Assembly (NCBI GenBank): GCA_964457525.1
Contig: CAYWGS010000034.1
Span: 1 to 14,027, forward strand
DNA length: 14,027 nt
Direction of reading: 5' to 3'
Source: an uncultured Erysipelotrichaceae bacterium
GTDB taxonomy: Bacteria; Bacillota_I; Bacilli_A; Erysipelotrichales; Erysipelotrichaceae
Shown: positions 7,242 through 14,027 of the stretch, piece by piece
How the letters are laid out: each line of letters opens with the position of its first letter
How positions within the stretch are numbered: position 1 is the stretch's first letter
The notes under the pieces: model-generated
The model's database searches: none
Seen by the model: the letters and a program-made list of their open reading frames with translations, nothing else
What the model was told of the DNA's origin: nothing
Position numbers and translations under genes: made by a program

Positions 7242-8027
7242 TTATAGTATACCTAAAATCATTAATACACTCACTAGGATTGTGATAAAACCAAAACCTT
7301 TTAATAAATCTAAACCCTTAATCGATAAAAACTTATAGACCGCTAATATTAAAGCTAATACAATTCCACCTTCTAATAAGACTTGTCCATAACCCTCGAG
7401 AAATTGAGATACAGGAATATTTGCATAATTCGCTCCAATATAACCTAATAAGATTAAGCCAAAACTCGATGTTATCTCCGTTATTCGCTTTGACCATGTT
7501 CCACTGACTAAATCAAGCGCTGCTAAGCGTCCTTTCATATAACCCAATTGTGCAAAGAATGTTCCATACGAATAGGTTGTTAGAACAAATCCAATCCACG
7601 GATACAGTGCTCCAATCCAATGACCATCAAATGCCCAAGGTAAAGCACAAAGGATGAAGATATATTGTACTGTGCCAGAATCAACTGTATCCCCAACACC
7701 TGCTAATACACCCATCAAACCTGTCTTAGTAATTGAAATAACGGATTCATTTATCGTTTCATCTTCATCACTCAGTTTCTCTTCTAAGTTTGCGACAATC
7801 CCAGTGATGGTTGCGCCACCCCATATTGCTTGAGTATTGAAGTAACTTAAGTGACGCCGATAAGCTAAGATGCGATTACCCTCCTCAGGATAGAGTTTTC
7901 TTAAGATTGGTAATAACGCAAACAGTAGTGAAGGTCCTAATAAATAATCTTGATTATTCGGAATCTCATTCGCATACCACCAACGATGATACGCTCTTTG
8001 TATATCACGTTTACTGAGTTTTCCCAT
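7242..8027 (-). CDS. PTS mannose-family EIID component (divergent)
   Basis: LRKLYPEE...RRHLSYFNTQ and KTGLMGVLAGVGD match the conserved ManZ/EIID blocks. The C-terminal half is hydrophobic. The start codon lies 1 nt after the IIC stop. Confidence 0.85.
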   Translation of the reverse strand: MGKLSKRDIQRAYHRWWYANEIPNNQDYLLGPSLLFALLPILRKLYPEEGNRILAYRRHLSYFNTQAIWGGATITGIVANLEEKLSDEDETINESVISITKTGLMGVLAGVGDTVDSGTVQYIFILCALPWAFDGHWIGALYPWIGFVLTTYSYGTFFAQLGYMKGRLAALDLVSGTWSKRITEITSSFGLILLGYIGANYANIPVSQFLEGYGQVLLEGGIVLALILAVYKFLSIKGLDLLKGFGFITILVSVLMILGIL

Positions 8028-8028
8028 A

Positions 8029-8787
8029 TTAGTTACTCATCCTTTCTCGATATAAAACAACGATAATCGAAAGGACTAACCCAACAAATGCATAAAGGAA
8101 TAGATTCATGTGATAGGGTTTAAGCAATAGTGCAATTATAAACGATCCAACAAAGAAAAAGATTTGACTGGATTTCCCCATCACATGCATGGATAAGGCA
8201 AATCCTACGAATGGTAATGTACTGCTTATTGTAATAAAAATTGGATATAAAGATGTCTGTGAAATATATTTAAGAATCATCACAAACAACGGAACTAGAA
8301 TTAAGTACGAAACAAAGAATACAGCACTATAGAACAATGTACTAAACAGAATAGGATAAAGAATAATCGATTTAAACAACGCTTTCTCATCACCCAATTC
8401 TACATTTCTCTCTGTTAATCGAATTATGCGAGAATTAATCTTGATACGATATGGATAGATATACCCGCCAAATACACCAAAGATAAAGGCAATAGGGATT
8501 GCGAGTGAAATACTTACACCACTCAATAGAATGATTGGAATGGTAAATGAGATGGCAACAGCTGGTTCTGATCGCATGATACCCCCTGGAGCTAATACAC
8601 CTAAATAGAGCAATTGAACAAGTGCACTAATCTTTAATGCATTCGTTAAATCTTTAAGTATAATTCCAGTTAAAAGACCCATCATCATGGGTGTAAAACG
8701 CACCATAAGAGAGGCATAACCTAATCCTCTGGATAATATGATAGAAATGCATATTGATAATAAAAAGGCTTCAAGAAGTGTGAGCAT
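8029..8787 (-). CDS. PTS mannose-family EIIC component (divergent)
   Basis: A polytopic 252-aa protein directly upstream of IID. The block TPMMMGLLTGIILKDL...LLYLGVLAPGG parallels ManY RPLIACTLVGIVLGDM...MIALGWMNIG. Assignment rests on position plus this weak similarity. Confidence 0.7.
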   Translation of the reverse strand: MLTLLEAFLLSICISIILSRGLGYASLMVRFTPMMMGLLTGIILKDLTNALKISALVQLLYLGVLAPGGIMRSEPAVAISFTIPIILLSGVSISLAIPIAFIFGVFGGYIYPYRIKINSRIIRLTERNVELGDEKALFKSIILYPILFSTLFYSAVFFVSYLILVPLFVMILKYISQTSLYPIFITISSTLPFVGFALSMHVMGKSSQIFFFVGSFIIALLLKPYHMNLFLYAFVGLVLSIIVVLYRERMSN

Positions 8788-8818
8788 TTATTTATCCTGC
8801 CATTCGCTTATGGTAAAA

Positions 8819-8848
8819 ATTATACCTTAAGTGAATATGAGATGTACA
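8819..8848 (-). promoter_or_regulatory. Possible internal promoter for the PTS-HAD genes
   Basis: On the minus strand: TGTACA (8848-8843), an 18-nt spacer, then a perfect TATAAT (8824-8819). It lies in the 78-nt gap between the M20 stop and the IIC start. The -35 is weak. Confidence 0.35.
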
Positions 8849-8865
8849 CCTTCTTGAAGCGTTGA

Positions 8866-10197
8866 TTATTGATTAGCAATATTATGAATGCATTGTTTAA
8901 AGAATTCGATTCCTTTATAAAACGAATCGAGTGATATCCGTTCATTATCCGCATGAACCGTAGAACGGTCCTCTAACATACTCATAAACGGTTGAACACG
9001 ATAAACTCCATCGGATATTGGATGATAAAGTCGACTATCGGTTGCGGCAACCATCAAATAAGGCGCAACGGTTAAACATTCTGGATATACGGCTCTTACT
9101 GCCATATGAATGGATTTATAGGCTGGATGTGTGTTTGGAGATATTGTGGTTGGATCATTACCATTGATGGCTTTAATCTTGATATTTGGTTTAACTCGAC
9201 TCTTGATACGAGCTACGAGTTGTTCTACTGTATCACCAGGCACTAAGCGACAATTGATATTAACTTTCGCTTCTTGTGCTAAAACATTCGGTGCTTTTGA
9301 TCCTGATGCCATGGTCATAACAGAAGTTGTACGTACCGTAGCGGCTGTTTCTGGAGATTTAACTAAAGCATTAATTATAATCGGCTTAAACACATTACGA
9401 TAGGAAAACAGAAATTTAAGTGGTTGTTTCATGTAAGGTTGTAAAGCATCAAACATGGCAATGGTCGCTTCATTATAATCTGCTTTGAATTTATTCGACT
9501 CCATTAAACTCGCAGCTTGAGTTACTTCATATAAAGCGCTCGTCTTAGGTGGAGTCGATGCATGTCCACCCTCTTGTGTTGCGCTTAATTCAATATCACA
9601 ATACCCTTTTTCCGCAACACCCACTAATCCTATGATTCCATTCACTCCCATCGCATCCCCTTTGATGAATGCGCCACCTTCATCCACAACACAGTAGAAA
9701 TGTTTCCCTTCATCTCTTAACATCTCCATGATTTTACGAGCACCCGAATCAGGTAATGCGGATCCAGTTTCTTCGTTATGGCCTAACATGATATAAACAT
9801 CACGCTCAAACTCGATCCCTTCTTTTAGAAGTGATTCAATCGCTTCAAGTAAGGCAACTACATGTCCTTTCATATCAAGTGTTCCACGTCCATAAATATA
9901 ACCATCCGTGATTTCACCTGAGAAAGGATCTACTTTCCATCCTTCTTCATTGACTGGCACAACATCATAATGACCCATAAATCCTACAGGATCTTTGTCT
10001 GTCGTACCTTTAATCTTAAAGAGTAAGCTATACCCTTCAACACATTTAAATTCACTCTTTTTTAGGAGTGTTGGGTAGAATTCTTTTACACATTCAATAA
10101 ATTTATCGTATTCTTTGAAATCAATCCTTGAACGATCTAAATAAGAGATCGTCTTTGCTTGTAAGAGTTGTTGTAGGTGATGTAAAGAATCTTCCAT
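8866..10197 (-). CDS. M20/M25/M40-family metallopeptidase (carboxypeptidase / N-acyl-amino-acid amidohydrolase type)
   Basis: Motifs present: GHYDVVPV (metal His), GRGTLDMKG (bridging Asp), GHNEETGS (catalytic Glu and metal Glu), VVDEGG, and HADNERI near the C-terminus. I prefer the ATG at 10197-10195, which overlaps the upstream stop as TAATG. The TTG at 10209 used by the ORF track abuts the only Shine-Dalgarno-like AAAGG. Confidence 0.85.
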   Translation of the reverse strand: MEDSLHHLQQLLQAKTISYLDRSRIDFKEYDKFIECVKEFYPTLLKKSEFKCVEGYSLLFKIKGTTDKDPVGFMGHYDVVPVNEEGWKVDPFSGEITDGYIYGRGTLDMKGHVVALLEAIESLLKEGIEFERDVYIMLGHNEETGSALPDSGARKIMEMLRDEGKHFYCVVDEGGAFIKGDAMGVNGIIGLVGVAEKGYCDIELSATQEGGHASTPPKTSALYEVTQAASLMESNKFKADYNEATIAMFDALQPYMKQPLKFLFSYRNVFKPIIINALVKSPETAATVRTTSVMTMASGSKAPNVLAQEAKVNINCRLVPGDTVEQLVARIKSRVKPNIKIKAINGNDPTTISPNTHPAYKSIHMAVRAVYPECLTVAPYLMVAATDSRLYHPISDGVYRVQPFMSMLEDRSTVHADNERISLDSFYKGIEFFKQCIHNIANQ

Positions 10198-10856
10198 TAT
10201 TTGATCCAACCTTTCTTATACATAAAGCGTGCAGTAACAAGTGATAATAGCGATGCGACAGGTACAAATATAGGCTGTACCGTAGGATCTTTGATCACAA
10301 AGTAGAATAGAAATAACATAACAGACATCGGTACGATCACTAATTTCCATTGTCGAATCACAAACACAAAACCAAGTGCACCAAAGATTGCAGGCACCAG
10401 ATAATCCGTCACTTTTCCAAGATACTGGTCGATAACCGAAAGATAAGGAAGTAACAGTAAGACACCCACTAATATGATGATGGTTGTGACGATTGAGGAA
10501 GATGCGACCGCAAGCGTAGATATCACCTCTGCTTCATCACTTCCTGGCTCTACTTTAGCTTGTTTCATCGCACTCAATGCGGCAGGTAATTTCATATTGG
10601 AAATATTTCCCGTTACATGTGAGATATACGTCGCACCTACTCCTAACATTGGAGCGTAGTTAATTGTTTCAATAATTCCAATTGGTATATAAATAACACC
10701 AACAGTCATAAAACCTGTAAAGATTAAATCCAGTGTTGGCCAAGCATTATGAATCAAACTAAACACAAATGGAATCATTAACATTAAAATACTTGAAATA
10801 ATCATGAACCGTTTACCATCTTTGTGTAGACGATTGATATATGTTTCTTGGTTCAT
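10197..10856 (-). CDS. Polytopic membrane protein B (about 219 aa, about 6-7 TM helices), family not recognised; putative transporter subunit
   Basis: I place the start at the ATG at 10856-10854 (MNQETYINRL...), which overlaps the upstream stop as ATGA. The longer track ORF (to 10934) would lie inside gene A. Hydrophobic segments run throughout, with a polar loop MKQAKVEPGSDEAEV. Confidence 0.6.
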   Translation of the reverse strand: MNQETYINRLHKDGKRFMIISSILMLMIPFVFSLIHNAWPTLDLIFTGFMTVGVIYIPIGIIETINYAPMLGVGATYISHVTGNISNMKLPAALSAMKQAKVEPGSDEAEVISTLAVASSSIVTTIIILVGVLLLLPYLSVIDQYLGKVTDYLVPAIFGALGFVFVIRQWKLVIVPMSVMLFLFYFVIKDPTVQPIFVPVASLLSLVTARFMYKKGWIK

Positions 10857-11536
10857 AGTGTACCTCCAATCAAGAAATAGAGAATTACCAGAGTACCTAA
10901 CATTGATACTGGAAGGGCAAACTCTTCTAACCATTTAAACTTTAAGGATAGTCCACCAATCATCGCCATAATCGCTACACTGATAAAAAGTGCGAGTGTA
11001 TTGTATCCACCAATGGTGATTTGTTGGGCGCCGATGGTTCCAACTAAACCCATAAACATTGCGGCAATGAGTATTTCTGACCAGCGTTTATCTCTTTTCT
11101 TGATGGATTCTAATTGAGTCGTATATTTCTTATAAAAGAATATTAAGATTATCATCCCACTCAGAATTGAAACAGTCATCGTCCATATTGCAGTCGAATA
11201 AACTTGTAAGTTTTCAGTTAAAGTTGATACCCCAACAGCTTCTTTAATCGCAGTTGCGGCATAGGTTTCATAGGATACAGATCCAATGACCGATAATCGT
11301 ATCCAAGGAATAACCACATCCCCAAAGAGTGGAATCATCGTGATTAAACCAATCAAAATTGGAATCGATGGAACAATAGAAAAAATGACACTACTTCGTG
11401 TTGTCTCATTGAGTTGATTCTTGGATAACCCAATTTCTAAGCCTCTTTTATATGCTTTTTTATACATTAAAAAAGTCTCTACTAAGATATATGCAATTAA
11501 TATGATTCCTATTATGTATAAAGGTACGAAGTTCAT
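10853..11536 (-). CDS. Polytopic membrane protein A (227 aa, about 6-7 TM helices), family not recognised; putative transporter subunit
   Basis: RBS AAGGAG lies 6 nt upstream of the ATG at 11536. There are seven hydrophobic stretches. Amphipathic basic loops (MYKKAYKRGLEIG, YKKYTTQLESIKKRDKRW) are consistent with positive-inside topology. Confidence 0.6.
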   Translation of the reverse strand: MNFVPLYIIGIILIAYILVETFLMYKKAYKRGLEIGLSKNQLNETTRSSVIFSIVPSIPILIGLITMIPLFGDVVIPWIRLSVIGSVSYETYAATAIKEAVGVSTLTENLQVYSTAIWTMTVSILSGMIILIFFYKKYTTQLESIKKRDKRWSEILIAAMFMGLVGTIGAQQITIGGYNTLALFISVAIMAMIGGLSLKFKWLEEFALPVSMLGTLVILYFLIGGTL

Positions 11537-11577
11537 AACAATCTCCTTTAAAACATCATATTTAATTTACATAATTT

Positions 11578-12513
11578 TTACAACCTATTTTCATTTATTT
11601 TCAAACGATTATAGTGATTTAATACACTAAGCGCTCTTACGGTAATCATTTCACTTATTTTACCCGCTTTTTCCATCTCAAAATAGGTTAATCCAGAGTA
11701 GTGTGAATTTAACTTAAACTGATAATTCTTGTGTTTGGAATTTAACCAATCAATCGCTTTCTCTAATCGATTATCATAGGGATGTTTAGAGTATACAAAG
11801 TACTCAAGGGCTCTCAGAAGATCATATCGCCAATAATATGGAAAATGAAGTGAACAATATCGATCATCAATGATTCTTCCTGTTTTATCACTGATATACA
11901 ATTGATGAATCAGTAAGAATTCTTCTGCTTCACACCTCATTCTCTTAACATCATTTAACCGATAGGTATAACCTTTTATTTCATATTCATACAATCCTTC
12001 AAGAACACATAACGTAGAATTAAAAGCACTGTGATGAACTAGTTGCCGATTGAATGAACAATTAAATCCACCATCTTCAATCTGAGCATGAATAAGATAA
12101 TCAATGATGGACACTAAATCTTTTTCATCACTTTTAAAATAACATGCAATATTGAGAAACATCCCATTCACGCAACAATCACTCCATAGTTTAGTTCGTG
12201 ATGGACTGATTCCTCCATCCTTGCATTTCTCTTCATTTAAGATACGTTTGATTGCTTGTTCAATGGTTGGTGTTTTGGGATAGTTTAAACAACGAAGGGT
12301 TTGTAGTGTATAGTGTGTTGAAATCCATTTAGGAGAATAGTATCCTGTCCAATAAGCATCATCCATTTGAAAAGACATTAAAGTATGTCCCCATCCATGT
12401 TTTATCATTTCTTGTTGGATGGTTTCTAATACCTTAATGTCCGATTTTAAAATATCTCGATGATAACGATATTGAACGGATCGATCTGATTGATGAATAT
12501 CAAAGTTTATCAA
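11578..12513 (-). CDS. Cys-rich soluble protein with prenyltransferase/squalene-cyclase-type (alpha/alpha toroid) repeats; function unknown
   Basis: There is no signal peptide or TM segment. Repeat-like helices end in IEQAIKRILNEEKCKDGGIS (res 84-103) and IIDYLIHAQIEDGGFN (res 136-151), 48 residues apart. Weaker copies are AEEFLLIHQ (res 196-204) and LEKAIDWLNS (res 250-259). It has nine Cys including a CC pair. The start is TTG at 12513, with AAGG 8 nt upstream; an in-frame TGA two codons upstream excludes a longer ORF. Confidence 0.5.
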   Translation of the reverse strand: MINFDIHQSDRSVQYRYHRDILKSDIKVLETIQQEMIKHGWGHTLMSFQMDDAYWTGYYSPKWISTHYTLQTLRCLNYPKTPTIEQAIKRILNEEKCKDGGISPSRTKLWSDCCVNGMFLNIACYFKSDEKDLVSIIDYLIHAQIEDGGFNCSFNRQLVHHSAFNSTLCVLEGLYEYEIKGYTYRLNDVKRMRCEAEEFLLIHQLYISDKTGRIIDDRYCSLHFPYYWRYDLLRALEYFVYSKHPYDNRLEKAIDWLNSKHKNYQFKLNSHYSGLTYFEMEKAGKISEMITVRALSVLNHYNRLKINENRL

Positions 12514-12551
12514 TAATCAAACCTTAATTTATCGTTATATCTATGTCAAAT

Positions 12552-13403
12552 TTAGTTGACTTGAACACCAATACCAATAAGTCCAGGTCCTGTATGAACG
12601 CCTAGTGCAGGTGATACTTGTCCTACATATAGTGTAAATTTATCACCTAATTTATGGGTTAGTAATTCTTTTAACTTAATTACTTCATCCAACGCATTTC
12701 CATGCGCTAATGCGATCGTGATATGTTCTGATTTCTCAACAAATTCTAGCGCAAGTTCTAAACACTTATTAATGGATACTTTACGACCTCTTGCCTTCGC
12801 AACGGTTGTATAGATTCCTTCTGAATCACAAGTGATAATCGGTCTTAAATCGAGTGCATATCCAATTAATGCGGTAACTTTACCAATTCTTCCACCTTTT
12901 TGTAGGTATTCTAATGTATCCAGCACGAAGAATACACGTGTTTTTAAAACAGTTTCTTTTACCCTAACAAGCAATTCATCCCAAGATAATCCTTGTTTAA
13001 CGTAGTTCGCAGCTTTAATAACCGATAATCCACTACCAATCCCAATATTCTTTGTATCAATAACTTCCATCGGAAGTTTCGATTCCTTCGCAACAAGTCT
13101 TAAAAGATTACATGTTCCTGAAAGACCACTGGATAGCACAACTGCTAAGATATGTGTATAACCTTGCGCTTCAATATCTTGAAGAATTTGGTCAATATCA
13201 GATCCAAGTGGTAAAGATGTACTTGGAATTTCTTCTTTAAGACGGTTATACATCGTTTCCGCATCAATATCGACACCATCACGATAACTACGATCCTTGT
13301 AGTTTACTTGTAGAGGTACGACAAAGATATTCAACTCTTTTACTAAATCGTATGGAACATCACTGCCTGAATCGGTTAAAATCGCTATTTTTTGTTTACT
13401 CAT
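12552..13403 (-). CDS. DegV-family fatty-acid-binding protein (FakB-like)
   Basis: IAILTDSGSDVP...VVPLQV...YRDGVDI at the N-terminus, a central LSSGLSGT, and EYLQKGGRIG fit the DegV/FakB fold signature. RBS GGAGAA lies within the upstream gene's end. Confidence 0.85.
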   Translation of the reverse strand: MSKQKIAILTDSGSDVPYDLVKELNIFVVPLQVNYKDRSYRDGVDIDAETMYNRLKEEIPSTSLPLGSDIDQILQDIEAQGYTHILAVVLSSGLSGTCNLLRLVAKESKLPMEVIDTKNIGIGSGLSVIKAANYVKQGLSWDELLVRVKETVLKTRVFFVLDTLEYLQKGGRIGKVTALIGYALDLRPIITCDSEGIYTTVAKARGRKVSINKCLELALEFVEKSEHITIALAHGNALDEVIKLKELLTHKLGDKFTLYVGQVSPALGVHTGPGLIGIGVQVN

Positions 13404-13881
13404 GAGGTTCTCCTTTTTCTATGATTAAATTACGTGTATATCGATGAATCGCAAAGCTTAAAGCTGCATAACGCATTACATTGCGTTCTTTATCCGATTC
13501 ATTTTCCTCTATAAAAGCTGCTATTGTTTTCTTATTCATCATACAGTCAATCGAATCTTCTACTTCTTTTACAAAAATATCATAAGCAACATCTCTTCCC
13601 AACTTACCCTTTTCAAGATTAATTCCACGAACAATCTCTGATATCTCAAATACATCCTTAAGTAATGCGATGATGAAAATATGTGCTAAATGTTTACGTG
13701 AATATTTCTTCTTTATCGGTGCAGGGATAAGATTTAACTTTGTATAATTGTTAATCATCGAAGCAGTAATTGGACGAATTCCTAATGGTTTTAAATAAAG
13801 TTCAAGCAATTCAATAACCTGTTCTTTATAGAGTTCTATGTTTGGTAATTCTTCCCATCGTGGTAAATGAATTGAAGGCAT
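13396..13881 (-). CDS. DUF1836 domain protein (usual upstream partner of degV in Firmicutes)
   Basis: LPRWEELPNIELYKEQVIELLE...ITASMINNYTKLNLIPAPIKKKYSRKHLA..FIIALLK matches the DUF1836 pattern as I recall it. It overlaps degV by 8 nt. RBS AGGAG lies upstream of the ATG at 13881. Confidence 0.75.
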   Translation of the reverse strand: MPSIHLPRWEELPNIELYKEQVIELLELYLKPLGIRPITASMINNYTKLNLIPAPIKKKYSRKHLAHIFIIALLKDVFEISEIVRGINLEKGKLGRDVAYDIFVKEVEDSIDCMMNKKTIAAFIEENESDKERNVMRYAALSFAIHRYTRNLIIEKGEPHE

Positions 13882-13908
13882 AAAGTGCTCCTATATTTCA
13901 ATAACTCT

Positions 13909-13936
13909 ATTATATGATTATCATAACTAGATGCAA
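13909..13936 (-). promoter_or_regulatory. Putative sigma-A promoter of the DUF1836-degV (and possibly longer) transcription unit
   Basis: On the minus strand: TTGCAT (13936-13931), a 16-nt spacer, then a perfect TATAAT (13914-13909). It lies about 27 nt upstream of the start codon. Confidence 0.55.
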
Positions 13937-13950
13937 TACATAGACTAAAA

Positions 13951-13973
13951 AAATAACATGTGTAATGTTATTT
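13951..13973 (-). terminator. AT-rich hairpin plus T-run; possible terminator of a minus-strand gene lying beyond the right edge
   Basis: AAATAACAT (13951-13959), loop GTGTA, ATGTTATTT (13965-13973). On the minus strand it is followed by a T-run (complement of the A-run ending at 13950). The stem has a single G-C pair, so it is weak. Confidence 0.3.
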
Positions 13974-14027
13974 GATTCTTTAACATTTGACGTTGGTAAG
14001 TGAGAAACGAAATCAAAGTCACAGAGG

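Noticed and set aside
8853-8870. Possible cre site (TGAAGCGTTGATTA / TAATCAACGCTTCA) at the M20 stop, upstream of the PTS genes
   Set aside because: When aligned on the central CG, several fixed consensus positions mismatch on both strands. This is unlike the perfect site at 3497-3510.
9131-9403. 90-aa ORF antisense to the M20 gene, 61-aa ORF at 10474-10659 antisense to membrane protein B, and 69-aa ORF at 11421-11630 spanning the 11537-11577 gap
   Set aside because: All are antisense to better-supported genes. The last one would run across the RBS and start of membrane protein A and the stop of the toroid gene. None has a recognisable domain or RBS.
10857-10934. Longer version of membrane protein B starting at 10934 (MVRRVCPSS...), and TTG 10209 as the M20 start
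   Set aside because: The 10934 start would overlap gene A by 82 nt, and its N-terminus is non-membrane-like. The ATG at 10856 gives a classic ATGA coupling overlap. For M20, the TTG at 10209 has its only SD-like sequence immediately adjacent, whereas the ATG at 10197 gives a TAATG junction. The M20 start remains somewhat uncertain.
12514-12551. TTGACA (12549-12544, minus strand) as a promoter for the toroid-repeat gene
   Set aside because: The best -10 at 17-nt spacing is TAAGGT (3 of 6 matches), and it coincides with the RBS. It would yield an essentially leaderless transcript starting at a TTG codon, which is implausible.

Overview
This is a low-GC, Firmicutes-style chromosomal window. I call 16 protein-coding genes. 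I found no rRNA/tRNA genes, CRISPR arrays, transposases or integrases by eye. Left end, + strand: a tightly coupled three-gene operon (PadR-family regulator, DUF1700/HAAS-type membrane protein, DUF4097 beta-helical repeat protein) ends at a bidirectional terminator. Next, - strand: a tyrosine phenol-lyase gene (tpl). Its residues match TPL rather than tryptophanase, and its predicted promoter is overlapped by a perfect cre (CcpA) consensus. Upstream of tpl is a separately promoted GPR1/FUN34/YaaH (SatP-like) channel gene. That gene is divergent from a cytoplasmic PAS-PAS-GGDEF-HD-GYP c-di-GMP enzyme in which all catalytic motifs and the I-site look intact. The right 8 kb is one co-directional minus-strand array of ten genes: DUF1836, DegV, a Cys-rich prenyltransferase/terpene-cyclase-repeat (alpha/alpha toroid-like) protein, two translationally coupled polytopic membrane proteins I cannot assign to a family, an M20 metallopeptidase, mannose-family PTS IIC-IID-IIB with no IIA, and a HAD phosphatase. 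The array ends at a 13-bp-stem hairpin that lies inside the ends of two convergent genes. The best candidates for something undescribed are two blocks. One is the toroid protein + paired membrane proteins + M20 peptidase. The other is the IIA-less PTS flanked by the peptidase and the phosphatase. All functional calls rest on motif recognition and recalled family sequences; no searches were run.
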